Source: a virus
Strand: one strand, 5' to 3'
Length of the DNA: 64,000 bases
IMG/VR virus record: IMGVR_UViG_3300004806_000019
Coordinates: 1 to 64,000 of that record
Both the position numbers and the translations under genes were made by a program. Below, piece after piece: positions 19,082-28,469 of this stretch; the first letter of the stretch is position 1, and each line of letters starts with the position of its first letter. Below the pieces are notes generated by a model. That model was given only the letters and a program-made list of their open reading frames with translations. It was not told the DNA's origin and searched no databases.

Positions 19082-19300
19082 TCAGTCCTCAATCCAGAAC
19101 TGTACCCCTAGGTGATCCGATAGCTTCCTCCCATAAGCCTCAACAGCATCCATATCATCCCCCTCCGCTAACAAAACAGGATCACACCGGTCGTCATTGT
19201 ACAAACCGTACAACTCTAAAACCTCCCCACCACAACGCAGCTCAATCGCCTCAAAAACCCCACGAACCTCAGATACATCGATGTATTTAACTGTAGACAT
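19082..19300 (-). CDS. hypothetical acidic protein
   Basis: ATG at 19300 behind GAGGAG (MSTVKYIDV...). Confidence 0.6.
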   Translation of the reverse strand: MSTVKYIDVSEVRGVFEAIELRCGGEVLELYGLYNDDRCDPVLLAEGDDMDAVEAYGRKLSDHLGVQFWIED

Positions 19301-19520
19301 GGCGCTTACTCCTCTGTGAAACCTCAAACCAGCAACCCCGCAGCTTCCCTCAATACATAGACCAATCAAAAAACCCCGAAAACTCGCTGTGGACCTAGGT
19401 TTATCCTCTAATCTTTTCCGCCGCAGCATCGTTGCTGTTGCCCCTCTTATATCAGTCACTGAGAGGTTTGTCACGCGCCAATACCGCAATGACCAAGTTT
19501 TTTACCAATGACCGGTAGAT

Positions 19521-19605
19521 TTGACCTAAATCAAATAGGTATGGCGCCCTGACCTATTGATCTAAATCAATACGTCAGCCTTCCTGACCTATTGATCTAA
19601 ATCAA
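19521..19605. promoter_or_regulatory. three tandem FNR/FixK/Anr-type boxes
   Basis: TTGACCTAAATCAA (19521-34) and TTGATCTAAATCAA (19557-70, 19592-605) match TTGAT-N4-ATCAA; spacing 36 and 35 bp. Confidence 0.65.
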
Positions 19606-19606
19606 T
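19548..19606 (+). repeat. 24-bp perfect direct repeat
   Basis: CCTGACCTATTGATCTAAATCAAT at 19548-19571 and 19583-19606. Confidence 0.95.
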
Positions 19607-19848
19607 TGAAGCGGCCCTTCGGGGAACATCTAGACGGACCTGGGAGCGTTTCCCCTGGTTAGATGTCCTCCCGAAAAATCGCCCTGGTTGACTCACGTAT
19701 ATGAAACGAGTCCGGGCAAGCCTCCCCCGACGCGCATACATATATGAACGGACAGGACCATGACCTTTCTTCTGCCGATCCGCCCACCGACCTTCCCTTC
19801 TCCTCCTTCCCTACCCTGCACCACAGGACGGCCCCTGGCCGCAACAGT

Positions 19849-19885
19849 CCCCCCCGCCACCCGCCGCCCCCGGCCCCACACCCCC
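19849..19885 (-). other. G-quadruplex-type motif in the non-coding region before terL
   Basis: Five C-runs (7,3,5,4,5) with 2-4 nt loops on the + strand. Confidence 0.5.
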
Positions 19886-20057
19886 GAAAACGGGCGAAGG
19901 GGTGGGACTCCCCCCTAGTGTGCCCACACGGTGATTGTCGGGGTTTTTTTTTATAATTTGGAATCTGGTAGGAAAGTCCCCCCCCCGGTGGGGGTGGGGT
20001 TGGCACTGGTGGGATTAAGTTGATTGGAATGAATAGGGTGGTATCGTGTAGATTGTC

Positions 20058-20066
20058 TGGTATAAT
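20058..20066 (+). promoter_or_regulatory. extended -10 promoter for terL
   Basis: TGGTATAAT, a perfect TGn-TATAAT. Confidence 0.65.
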
Positions 20067-20072
20067 ATAGCC

Positions 20073-21662
20073 TTGTTGGGATTGGTTGAGACGATGAAAC
20101 TGCTTAAAAGACTAGAGAAGGAGGAATTGGATGCTCTTCAGGAGGAGGAGCGTATTGCGTTGGCGGCGAGGGCTGATTGGTTGGGAAGGGCAGATTCGCC
20201 GGATCGGAAGGGCAAGCAGCGTCTTCCTGGTGGTGATTGGACGATACTTTTGGTTAGGGCGGGAAGAGGGTTTGGCAAGACGGAGATGTTAGTACAGGCG
20301 GGGTGGTGGGACTGTTACGAGTTTCCGGGTTTGATTGTACATGCTTTGGCACCGACGCAGAGTGACGTTCGTGGGACATTGTTTGAGGGTCCGGTTGGTT
20401 TCTGCAATGTTGTACCGAAGGAGTTATTGCTTGGGTGTAGTTTAGACAAGGCATACAACAAGAGCACCCATGAGTTGAGGTTTAAGAACGGGAGTTTGAT
20501 TAGGGGGTTTAGCACGACGGAGCAGGCCAATCGGTTGCGTGGTCCTCAGTGTAATTTGATGTTGGGTGATGAGTTAGCGGCTTGGGATGTACCTGCGGGA
20601 AATTTGGAGACGGCATTTAACGTTAGTATGTTTGGTGTTCGGTTGCCTTATCCGAAGGGTTTGAACGGTGAGTTTTTGCCTGCGAGGGCTGTTTTGGGTA
20701 CGACGCCTAGACCTATTGGCTTCCTGAAGAGGTTAGAGAGGCGTGACGATGTTAAGGTTATTACGGGGAGTAGTTTTGAGAACATCAATAATTTGAGTGG
20801 TGCGTATCGCGCTCAGATTATGAATTTGGCTGGGACGAAAATTGGGAAGCAGGAGATTGAGGGGTTATACGTTGATGAGGAGAATGACCAGAGTATTTTC
20901 AAGCGGGGTTGGTTTCGGTTATGGCCGTGTGAGAAGAAGTTGCCTGAGTTTAGTTTTGTGATGGAGGTTTATGACACGGCTTTTACGGAGGAGACGTTTG
21001 ACAGGAAGCGTCAGGAGAGTGACCCGACTGCTTGTTTGATATTGGGGGTATTTAACATTAATGCGGCGTTTACGGAGAGTGAGCGTCGTCAGATGAATGT
21101 TCGTGCGAAGTACGGTGTTGTTATTTGCGATGCTTGGGCGGAGCGGTTGGGTTTTCCTGAGTTGATGGACAGGGCGAGGAAGCAGCATCGTCTGAAGTGG
21201 GGGGCGCAGGGAAAGCGGAGTGACATAGTCCTCATTGAAGAGAAGGGTTCGGGGATTTCGTTACGTCAGAGCTTGGGGAAGCACGGTGTACCGACATGGC
21301 CTTATAATCCGGGGCGGCAGAGTAAGTTAATACGGGCTAACGCGATTAGTCCGATTGTGGCGCAGGGAATGGTGTTTGTTCCTGAATCGATGCGCCCGGA
21401 GAGGAAGGGTTTGCCTAGAGATTGGGTTGAGCCTTTTTTGGAACAGGTCTGTGCATATTACGGTCCTGGCACTACCGAGCATGATGACTATGTGGACGTT
21501 CTGAGTTCTGGTCTTTTATACCTTCGGAACAGAAGTATGCTCGAGTCTACCACTGAGAATAAGTATTTAGATATGGATGAAAAAAGGGAACAAGATGAAC
21601 GCAAAGCTCAACAAATCTATTACAACCAAAAGTCCTCTAGCAGAGGTAATCCCTACGGCTGA
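20073..21662 (+). CDS. terL: terminase large subunit
   Basis: AGRGFGKT Walker A, LRGPQ, GDELAAW Walker B, TTPRP, YDTAF, IEEKGSG, HDDYVD nuclease motif; start may be ATG 20094. Confidence 0.95.
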   Translation: MLGLVETMKLLKRLEKEELDALQEEERIALAARADWLGRADSPDRKGKQRLPGGDWTILLVRAGRGFGKTEMLVQAGWWDCYEFPGLIVHALAPTQSDVRGTLFEGPVGFCNVVPKELLLGCSLDKAYNKSTHELRFKNGSLIRGFSTTEQANRLRGPQCNLMLGDELAAWDVPAGNLETAFNVSMFGVRLPYPKGLNGEFLPARAVLGTTPRPIGFLKRLERRDDVKVITGSSFENINNLSGAYRAQIMNLAGTKIGKQEIEGLYVDEENDQSIFKRGWFRLWPCEKKLPEFSFVMEVYDTAFTEETFDRKRQESDPTACLILGVFNINAAFTESERRQMNVRAKYGVVICDAWAERLGFPELMDRARKQHRLKWGAQGKRSDIVLIEEKGSGISLRQSLGKHGVPTWPYNPGRQSKLIRANAISPIVAQGMVFVPESMRPERKGLPRDWVEPFLEQVCAYYGPGTTEHDDYVDVLSSGLLYLRNRSMLESTTENKYLDMDEKREQDERKAQQIYYNQKSSSRGNPYG

Positions 21663-22197
21663 CCAAAACCAGATTGAGTTTGCCCAAGAGATTTTTGATA
21701 ACATCGATGGTCGGTATGACAGCAAGATTATCACCAAGGTAGAGCCGGGTGATGACATCGAGTGGACATCGATATCATCTGCATGGACAGATGACCCACG
21801 AGAGGCGGCAAATGAAGTCATGGAGAAGTTCAACGCTTATGCCTCGGGGAAAGGAGGCGTATTGCTGTGGAGACTTCTCCCCGCCATGTATGCACGGGAA
21901 GGTAAGATCCAGATTAGAACGGTGCTTTCGATTTCTAATTTAGGGAAGGCAATCGAGGTCAAGGAAGAGGCCGATGAGAAGCTGGCTTCCTTGAAGGATA
22001 TGTCCGTTGGACCTCTTACGCGCCGAAGCAAGGAAAGGAAATGCCCGACCTGCACTTTTTGGGATCGCAAAAGCGCAGAGCATAATGTCGGACTATGCCG
22101 CAAGAACCCCCCCGCATTCTGGCCAGAGACACCCTTGCAGAGGTGGGCCTATACAGCAGAAACCGATTGGTGCGGTGCCTATGAGGTGAAACCATGA
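21595..22197 (+). CDS. hypothetical protein with C-terminal Cys4 domain
   Basis: CPTCTFW...GLCRKNPP...DWCGAY. Confidence 0.7.
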   Translation: MNAKLNKSITTKSPLAEVIPTADQNQIEFAQEIFDNIDGRYDSKIITKVEPGDDIEWTSISSAWTDDPREAANEVMEKFNAYASGKGGVLLWRLLPAMYAREGKIQIRTVLSISNLGKAIEVKEEADEKLASLKDMSVGPLTRRSKERKCPTCTFWDRKSAEHNVGLCRKNPPAFWPETPLQRWAYTAETDWCGAYEVKP

Positions 22198-22412
22198 ACT
22201 TCGGAAAGATCATTAGCTGCACAGATTGCGCCTATGCCGTCCCGGTTAAACTCCAAAGCGGAGCTAACCAGTGCAGAAAGAACCCGCCAATAGCCGTTCC
22301 CGTGCAAGGCCACGGAGGGTTGGGGTCCGTGTCAATGTACCCTATAGTCGGAAAAGGAGACGGGTGCGGCGAAGGGTGGAGCATTCCCGATGTCGGCGGT
22401 CTGGGAAAATGA
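22194..22412 (+). CDS. small Cys4-domain protein, paralogous to the upstream C-terminus
   Basis: CTDCAY...NQCRKNPP...DGCGEG. Confidence 0.7.
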   Translation: MNFGKIISCTDCAYAVPVKLQSGANQCRKNPPIAVPVQGHGGLGSVSMYPIVGKGDGCGEGWSIPDVGGLGK

Positions 22413-22452
22413 TTCCAACAATAAAGAGTTTGAGGTAAAAGTATAAATTCTC

Positions 22453-25053
22453 TTGCGAAGGACACCCGTCTTGGCTGATGACAAGAACCCCATTCCACCT
22501 GATCGCCGCGCTCCTACCGGAAGTCCAGATGACCCCGTCTACCAAAAGACAGGAATGGATTCCGGCGTAGATGTCGGAGAGTATATGTCCGTCGATACAA
22601 GCGAAGACGGGCCGGAAATCATCGATAGCCCTGACGGGGGCGCCTTCGTCGTAATCGGAGAGGCAAAGGAATCAAACCCACCAGACCTGGAGTTCTACGC
22701 AAACCTCGCGGAAACACTCCCTGAAGACATCATGTCTAAACTCGCTTCCGACCTCCTGAAGAAGATTGAGAATGACAAAGAGTCCAGAAAGAAACGCGAC
22801 GAACTCTATGAAGAGGGACTGCGGAGAACAGGTCTAGGAAAAGACGCCCCCGGAGGCGCCGAGTTCGACGGAGCCTCTAAAGTCGTCCACCCAATGATGA
22901 CTGAAGCCTGCATAGACTATTGCGCCCGTATTATGAAGGAAATCTACCCCGTCGCAGGGCCTGTAAGAGAACGCCTCATTGGCGCCCCTACACAGGAAAA
23001 AGCCGATAGAGCCAAGCGCAAAGTCGAGCATATGAACTATCAGTTCACAACACAGATCAAAGAAGCTCGGGGTGTGCTGGAACAAACCTTTACTCAAACC
23101 CCGCTCTCAGGATCCGAATATATCCTCCTCTATCAGGATCACAGACTGAAACGCCCAAGAATGGAATGTATGCCCTCCGATAAGGTCTACATCCCAATCG
23201 CAGCAGCAGACTTCTATTCAGCAAATAGAAAGACGTGGGAAGAAAACCTGACCGACGTGGACTTCAAACAACGCGTCAACTCAGGTATGTACCGTGATCT
23301 GGAGTTGGGGAAATCAGACACAACACCAGAACCAAGTAAGGCCGAAGCCGCCAATATGAAAATCGAAGGTATGGAGGATACCGGAGAGAATATCGATGGA
23401 GAAAGAACCCTCTATACCTCTATGACCTATGTCGATGTCACAGAGGATATGGCTGACGAACTCGACGTGGAAGAAGCAGGGGAACTCTACCCGTACCTGA
23501 TCACAATTGATAAGACGACAAAGAAAGTCTTGGCCATCTATCGTGATTGGGAGAAAAACGATGAGGCAAGAGAACCAATCGAACACCTATTCGAGTTCGG
23601 ATTCATCCCATGGAGAGGAGCATACTCAATCGGGTTTGCACAAATTATTGGAGGACTTTCTGCTGCGGCTACTGGTGCTCTTCGTGCTCTACTCGATTCT
23701 GCTCATGCTAATAACGCTGTCACAGCCTTCGTCCTCAAAGGGTCTGGAATTTCGGGACAGTCTTCTCGTCCTCAAATCGGTGAACTCATCGAGATCGACG
23801 CAGGACTAGAAACAGACGATATCCGTAAACGGGTAATGCCCCCACCATTCAATCAGCCGTCACCCGTTCTGTTCCAGCTTCTAGGACTCCTCGTCTCCGC
23901 CGCTCAAGGCGTCGTCCGTACAACCATGGACGAAAACGCAACCAATATGAACTCACAGGTTCCCGTTGGAACCCAACTGTCCAGAGTGGAAGAAGGGCTG
24001 GTCGTCTTCTCACATATCCACGGACGCGCTCATGCCGCCTTCAATAGACTGATAAACGGACTCCATAGACTGAACCGACTCTACCTCCCCGAAACTCTCA
24101 GGGTGGACAGAGAAGGAAAGGAACTCATGGTCCGTAGATCTGACTATGATGGCCCCATCGACGCACAGCCCGTATCAGACCCGACACTCTATTCCGATCA
24201 GCAACGCTTCATGCAGATCACGGCTATCGAACAAGCCGCCGCTATGTTCCCGCAACTCTATAATATTCGGGAGATACAAAAGCGAAAGCTGAAGCTGTGG
24301 AAAGTTCCTGACCCCGATGCTCTCTTGAAGGATGAGCCTAAAGCAACCGAGATGAATGCCATTGCAGAAAACCTCGCAATGTCACTTGGAAAACCCGTGG
24401 TCGCCTTTCCAGAACAGGATCACCTCGCTCATCTGAAGTGCATCCTAGACTTCATTCAAAACCCCGTGCTGGGCGCAAACCCACTCATTGCACCCAAATA
24501 TCTCCCAATGGCATTGCAACATGCAGTCGAGCATATCGTGTTCTTCTATGTTAAACATGCCGTCGATACCGTGGAAAGCGCAGCAGGGGTTAAATCAATA
24601 ACCGAACTGATGAGCAATGATACCGGAGTAAAAGCGGAGTTCGATAAACTCCTGGCTAACGCCTCAACTGATGTCATGGGCGATATCACGCAAATCCTCC
24701 AACAGTACATGCCCGTCCTGCAACAGGCGCAGCAGATGATGCAGTCCTTTATGCCCAAACCCCCCATGGATCCGGCAGAGGCTGCACTCCAGGCACAACA
24801 GATGGAGACACAAAGACGTTCCGCCGCCGATCAGGCAGAGAACCAGATCGAACAACAACGCGTGGCTATCGAACAGCAAAACGCGCAAATCAATGCTCTC
24901 AAAGTGCAAAATGCAGAAAAATCAGCTACAATTACCGCTTTGACAAAGCTAAAAACTACGCAGATGGATAACGCTACCGCCAGACAATCTATTGTAGATA
25001 AAGCGATGGCAGGACAACAAAACCATATGGTCAATGGTGAAGGCTTGAAATAG
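22453..25053 (+). CDS. portal protein (podovirus-type head-tail connector)
   Basis: 866 aa directly after terL; HPMMTEAC, NYQF, LRALLDSAH, QPSPVLFQLL, QDHLAH and a long Gln-rich C-terminal coiled coil; likely start TTG 22471. Confidence 0.85.
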   Translation: MRRTPVLADDKNPIPPDRRAPTGSPDDPVYQKTGMDSGVDVGEYMSVDTSEDGPEIIDSPDGGAFVVIGEAKESNPPDLEFYANLAETLPEDIMSKLASDLLKKIENDKESRKKRDELYEEGLRRTGLGKDAPGGAEFDGASKVVHPMMTEACIDYCARIMKEIYPVAGPVRERLIGAPTQEKADRAKRKVEHMNYQFTTQIKEARGVLEQTFTQTPLSGSEYILLYQDHRLKRPRMECMPSDKVYIPIAAADFYSANRKTWEENLTDVDFKQRVNSGMYRDLELGKSDTTPEPSKAEAANMKIEGMEDTGENIDGERTLYTSMTYVDVTEDMADELDVEEAGELYPYLITIDKTTKKVLAIYRDWEKNDEAREPIEHLFEFGFIPWRGAYSIGFAQIIGGLSAAATGALRALLDSAHANNAVTAFVLKGSGISGQSSRPQIGELIEIDAGLETDDIRKRVMPPPFNQPSPVLFQLLGLLVSAAQGVVRTTMDENATNMNSQVPVGTQLSRVEEGLVVFSHIHGRAHAAFNRLINGLHRLNRLYLPETLRVDREGKELMVRRSDYDGPIDAQPVSDPTLYSDQQRFMQITAIEQAAAMFPQLYNIREIQKRKLKLWKVPDPDALLKDEPKATEMNAIAENLAMSLGKPVVAFPEQDHLAHLKCILDFIQNPVLGANPLIAPKYLPMALQHAVEHIVFFYVKHAVDTVESAAGVKSITELMSNDTGVKAEFDKLLANASTDVMGDITQILQQYMPVLQQAQQMMQSFMPKPPMDPAEAALQAQQMETQRRSAADQAENQIEQQRVAIEQQNAQINALKVQNAEKSATITALTKLKTTQMDNATARQSIVDKAMAGQQNHMVNGEGLK

Positions 25054-25059
25054 GAGTGT

Positions 25060-25284
25060 GTGATGGTAAAGAAAGCCAAAATGGAAAATGGTGGTCACTT
25101 GGACGTTGGCGCTTCTAAGCGTTTTGAAACTATGCGTGACTACAGTAAAGACGCTCCCATCCCCCAACATCGCCGTTTGGCAATGGGAGAGAAGGTAGAT
25201 GGGACAACCTACCCTGCTGAAGATAATATCTCCCTTAAACCGACGACAGGGGGAAATGGTCGTCATATTAAGGGAGCTTGGTAG
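25060..25284 (+). CDS. small basic protein with MENGG motif
   Basis: AGGAG RBS; follows the portal. Confidence 0.7.
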   Translation: MMVKKAKMENGGHLDVGASKRFETMRDYSKDAPIPQHRRLAMGEKVDGTTYPAEDNISLKPTTGGNGRHIKGAW

Positions 25285-25287
25285 AAC

Positions 25288-25455
25288 TTCTGGTGGCTGT
25301 CGCACTTTCAGTTTCTGGAACAGCCCACCAGAACGAAGCCGGGGATGTCACTCAACCTTAACCACCGTCTTTAGTCATTTGTGGTTGAAGTGATCAAGTG
25401 TCGCGGCAGCAGGGGTTTGGTCATTGGCCCCCTGGATTTGGACATCAATCCCCGG
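25288..25455. ncRNA. candidate structured RNA element between convergent genes
   Basis: Hairpin TTCTGGTGGCTGT/ACAGCCCACCAGAA, then a closing stem CCGGGGATGTC/GACATCAATCCCCGG enclosing two inner hairpins. Confidence 0.4.
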
Positions 25456-25462
25456 AACGGGC

Positions 25463-26704
25463 TTATCCTTTACGGATTGAGTCAACCCATAGATATGCCT
25501 TAGCGATACAATCACCCCATTCGTAAAGCCTCTCCTGACGAATAATCTTCATACGAGGATACCAAGGTGACTTATCGCCAGTAGTAACAAGCCAACGCCA
25601 ATCAGGAACGGCAGGAATAAGAAGGCAAACTGGAATATCCAATGCACCGGCAAGATGAGCAACTCCCGTATCACAAGTGACAAGAGCATCCATGGATTTT
25701 AAAAATGTCGCAGCAGCACTCCACTTGGCTTCAATCAACCCAGATAAATCTGTCACCAAAGCTTGCGCTCCAGCATTCGCTATAGCAGCGGAATGCTTGC
25801 CAACCTGAAAGCTGAACAAATCCCAATCAGGGGAATTAGCTAAAGGAAGAAACTCCTCAAAGAGGATGGACCTCCAGCTATCACGCAAATGACCCGTGCT
25901 TCCCGCCCAACAGATTCCAACATTGAACCCTGTGCGACTCTGAGGCTTGTCCATTTCAGCATAGGTAAGAAGACCAGGATCCGAAGGAAGCGTATCCGGC
26001 ATAATGTCAAAAAGCTTCGGAACACTATGAAGAAGGATCTCTTCATCAACTCCATCAACCGCATATCCCTTTAAGGAAATGTCTCCATATTCTTTATATC
26101 CCTGGAATAAGGAGTACATCGAAGCTGGGACGGAAAATGTAACCTTGCTTGCATGTTCAGCAATCAAAGGAACAAACCGGGCAAACTGAATAGCGTCACC
26201 CGCACCCTGTTCACTGGAAATAAGAATATGCTTTCCCTTCAGATCGTCCGGATATCCGCCAAAAGGTTGAGCAACAAACCTATGATCAATTATATTGATC
26301 CTATGTTCGTACTCATTCCACCCCTCATCCCACTCCCCTAGAAGCATCAGAGAGGCCGAATAATCAATATGAAAGGCCGTATTCTCAGGATTATATAAAA
26401 CAGAGGTTGCAAAAGAATCCCTCGATTCCTCAAACAACCCGATTGCACTCTGCGCTAAACCAAGGATGCTCCAAGCACCCCCAATATTCTGGTTCTTATC
26501 GAGAACCTCAGAAACCATAGAAATGGATTCTTCTGGCTTTCCAACGCGCAAAAGAGTGCTGGCCAAATTTAATTGATAGCTAATCTGACTAGGGTCAATC
26601 GATACAGCACGACGCAGACAAGCCTCTGCCGCATGATGATTGCCTGCATTAATCCGGATAATACCTAGGCTTGCAAGCTCACGGGCATAAATCAAAGGGT
26701 CCAT
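25463..26704 (-). CDS. TPR + GT-B glycosyltransferase (GT9-like, FlmG/FlbA-like architecture)
   Basis: N-terminal TPRs, GWNEYEHR, SEQGAGDAIQFARF, VGICWAGS, VTCDTGVAHLAGAL, DWRW, SPWYP. Confidence 0.88.
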   Translation of the reverse strand: MDPLIYARELASLGIIRINAGNHHAAEACLRRAVSIDPSQISYQLNLASTLLRVGKPEESISMVSEVLDKNQNIGGAWSILGLAQSAIGLFEESRDSFATSVLYNPENTAFHIDYSASLMLLGEWDEGWNEYEHRINIIDHRFVAQPFGGYPDDLKGKHILISSEQGAGDAIQFARFVPLIAEHASKVTFSVPASMYSLFQGYKEYGDISLKGYAVDGVDEEILLHSVPKLFDIMPDTLPSDPGLLTYAEMDKPQSRTGFNVGICWAGSTGHLRDSWRSILFEEFLPLANSPDWDLFSFQVGKHSAAIANAGAQALVTDLSGLIEAKWSAAATFLKSMDALVTCDTGVAHLAGALDIPVCLLIPAVPDWRWLVTTGDKSPWYPRMKIIRQERLYEWGDCIAKAYLWVDSIRKG

Positions 26705-26705
26705 G

Positions 26706-28469
26706 TTATTCCTTCACAGTAAAAGAGATGGGAGATTTCCCACTGATGTAGGAGAACCATGCAGAGGAAAAAACATTCTCCATGAGTTCTCCAAACTTTT
26801 TGATGTTGCAAAGCGGTGAGCTAAGAAGACGATCTCTCATTCCAAACCTTATCGCTCGTAAATAATTTGGATTCTCCGCAAGGGATATAGCCTTTTTGCG
26901 ATATTCAGCAGGAGAGGAAGCAATGAACTCATCAAGCCATATAGACTTTAAATAGGCTGATGAATGGCGGGAGGGGTAAGTGAACTTAGGAAGAGTGATA
27001 ACCGGCAACCCCATCCATAAGCATTCAGTCGTTGTAACCCCTCCTGCATAGGGAAAGCTATCAAGCGCAATGTCAACCTGACCCATTGCCTCTTGATGCT
27101 CCTCTGAAGAGGAATAGCCAAGAAAGGAAATCCTCTCAGGATTAATCCCCCGATCACTGAACATCTGGCGATAACGAGATACAGTGTCAGGACAGTCCAA
27201 AGCAGGAGACTTCATTAGAAGCTTAGACTTCGGAACAGAGGAAAGAATGTCAGACCACAACGTTATGACGTTAGAGCCAATCTTTTTCAGAACATTGAAG
27301 GATCCAAAGGTGATGTACCCATTCCTGTCAAAGGGTAAGGAAGGAAGAGGATCATAATAAGAAGGCTCAAAACATACCGTTGTATGAGGAAGCTTGATCA
27401 GCTTCTCAGTAAAATACTCGTCCAGGCCATCAAGCTCAGTCTTACTGGCAATCAGGTAATCCATTTGAGGGGAACCCGTAGTGCCAGGATACCCAAACCA
27501 AGTCATTTGAATCGGGGCAGGCTTTCTTGCAAAGACCTCGAGTCTATTCCCAGCCGTATACCCGGCGAGATCAACCAGAATATCAATTTCATCCAACATG
27601 ATACGTTTGTGAAGCTCATCGTCATCTAATCCATAAGCAGGAACAAAGGCCCCAACGTTCCTGAATCTCCTTGAGATATGATCCTCAAGTGGTGTTGTTG
27701 AATAGAAAAACAGGCTATAATTCATGTCAGAAAGGTACTCAGCAACCGGAGCAACCGCTAATCCAACAGGGTGCTTTCTAAGGTCGCCAGAGACAAATCC
27801 GATTGTTGGTCTTGTATGCTCCCGTTTCTGATGGAGCGTAATCGGGTAATTCAGATGACGACGGGCGACAAACTCAGACTGAGCAAGGACAAGAACAGGA
27901 TCATCCTGCCGATAAAGTTCTGAGAAGGCGATATTGAAAGAAGGGTTCTTAGCCATAGGGTCATGGCGCCCCGCTTCCGTAAAACACTGAATCGCTTCAT
28001 CAACCCGTCCCTGATCGAGATAAATATTGCCAAGATTGTTCCAGGCACTCGTAAAAAATGGGTTGAGTTCAAGTGCCTTCTTTAGGGAAACTTCCGCATC
28101 TCCAAGCTTGCGAAGGCTCTGAAGCGTAAGCCCAAGGTTGCTGTAAGACTCACTGCTGTTGGCATTCAAATGTATAGCCTCTCTGAAATGACGTTCAGCC
28201 TCCTCATACCTCATAAGAAGATGACAAAGCAGACCGCAATTAATGTTGGAAGGAAGGTTATCTTTGTTGATAAGGATAGAGCGGCGATAGTCCTCAATCG
28301 CCTTCTTGATGATACCCGTCTGATGCTCAATCATGGCAACATGGGCGTAAAGGTCAGACCGTTCAGGAGAGAGGCAGACGGCAGATCTGAATGTATCTGC
28401 CGCTGCTAAATATTCTCTCTTCATAAAATGACGGGTTGCCTTGGCGAAAAGAGTTACAGCATTCACCAT
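26706..28469 (-). CDS. TPR + GT41 protein glycosyltransferase (OGT/SPINDLY-like)
   Basis: About 5 TPRs, IGFVSGDLRKHPVG, DILVDLAGYT, PAPIQMTWFGYPGTTG, TFGSFN..KI, DIALDSFPYAGGVTTTECLWMGLPVITL. Confidence 0.93.
   Translation of the reverse strand: MVNAVTLFAKATRHFMKREYLAAADTFRSAVCLSPERSDLYAHVAMIEHQTGIIKKAIEDYRRSILINKDNLPSNINCGLLCHLLMRYEEAERHFREAIHLNANSSESYSNLGLTLQSLRKLGDAEVSLKKALELNPFFTSAWNNLGNIYLDQGRVDEAIQCFTEAGRHDPMAKNPSFNIAFSELYRQDDPVLVLAQSEFVARRHLNYPITLHQKREHTRPTIGFVSGDLRKHPVGLAVAPVAEYLSDMNYSLFFYSTTPLEDHISRRFRNVGAFVPAYGLDDDELHKRIMLDEIDILVDLAGYTAGNRLEVFARKPAPIQMTWFGYPGTTGSPQMDYLIASKTELDGLDEYFTEKLIKLPHTTVCFEPSYYDPLPSLPFDRNGYITFGSFNVLKKIGSNVITLWSDILSSVPKSKLLMKSPALDCPDTVSRYRQMFSDRGINPERISFLGYSSSEEHQEAMGQVDIALDSFPYAGGVTTTECLWMGLPVITLPKFTYPSRHSSAYLKSIWLDEFIASSPAEYRKKAISLAENPNYLRAIRFGMRDRLLSSPLCNIKKFGELMENVFSSAWFSYISGKSPISFTVKE

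Noticed and set aside
17871-19115. 414 aa + strand ORF after terS
   Set aside because: It is antisense and codon-register-aligned to three minus-strand genes that have RBSs, and has no recognisable motif; most likely a shadow ORF.
19521-19606. Mini CRISPR array
   Set aside because: Only two full 24-bp repeats with an 11-nt gap and no cas genes; better explained as protein-binding boxes.
19659-20006. Pro/Gly-rich ORFs in the pre-terL region
   Set aside because: They arise from G/C homopolymer runs and have no RBS or protein-like composition.
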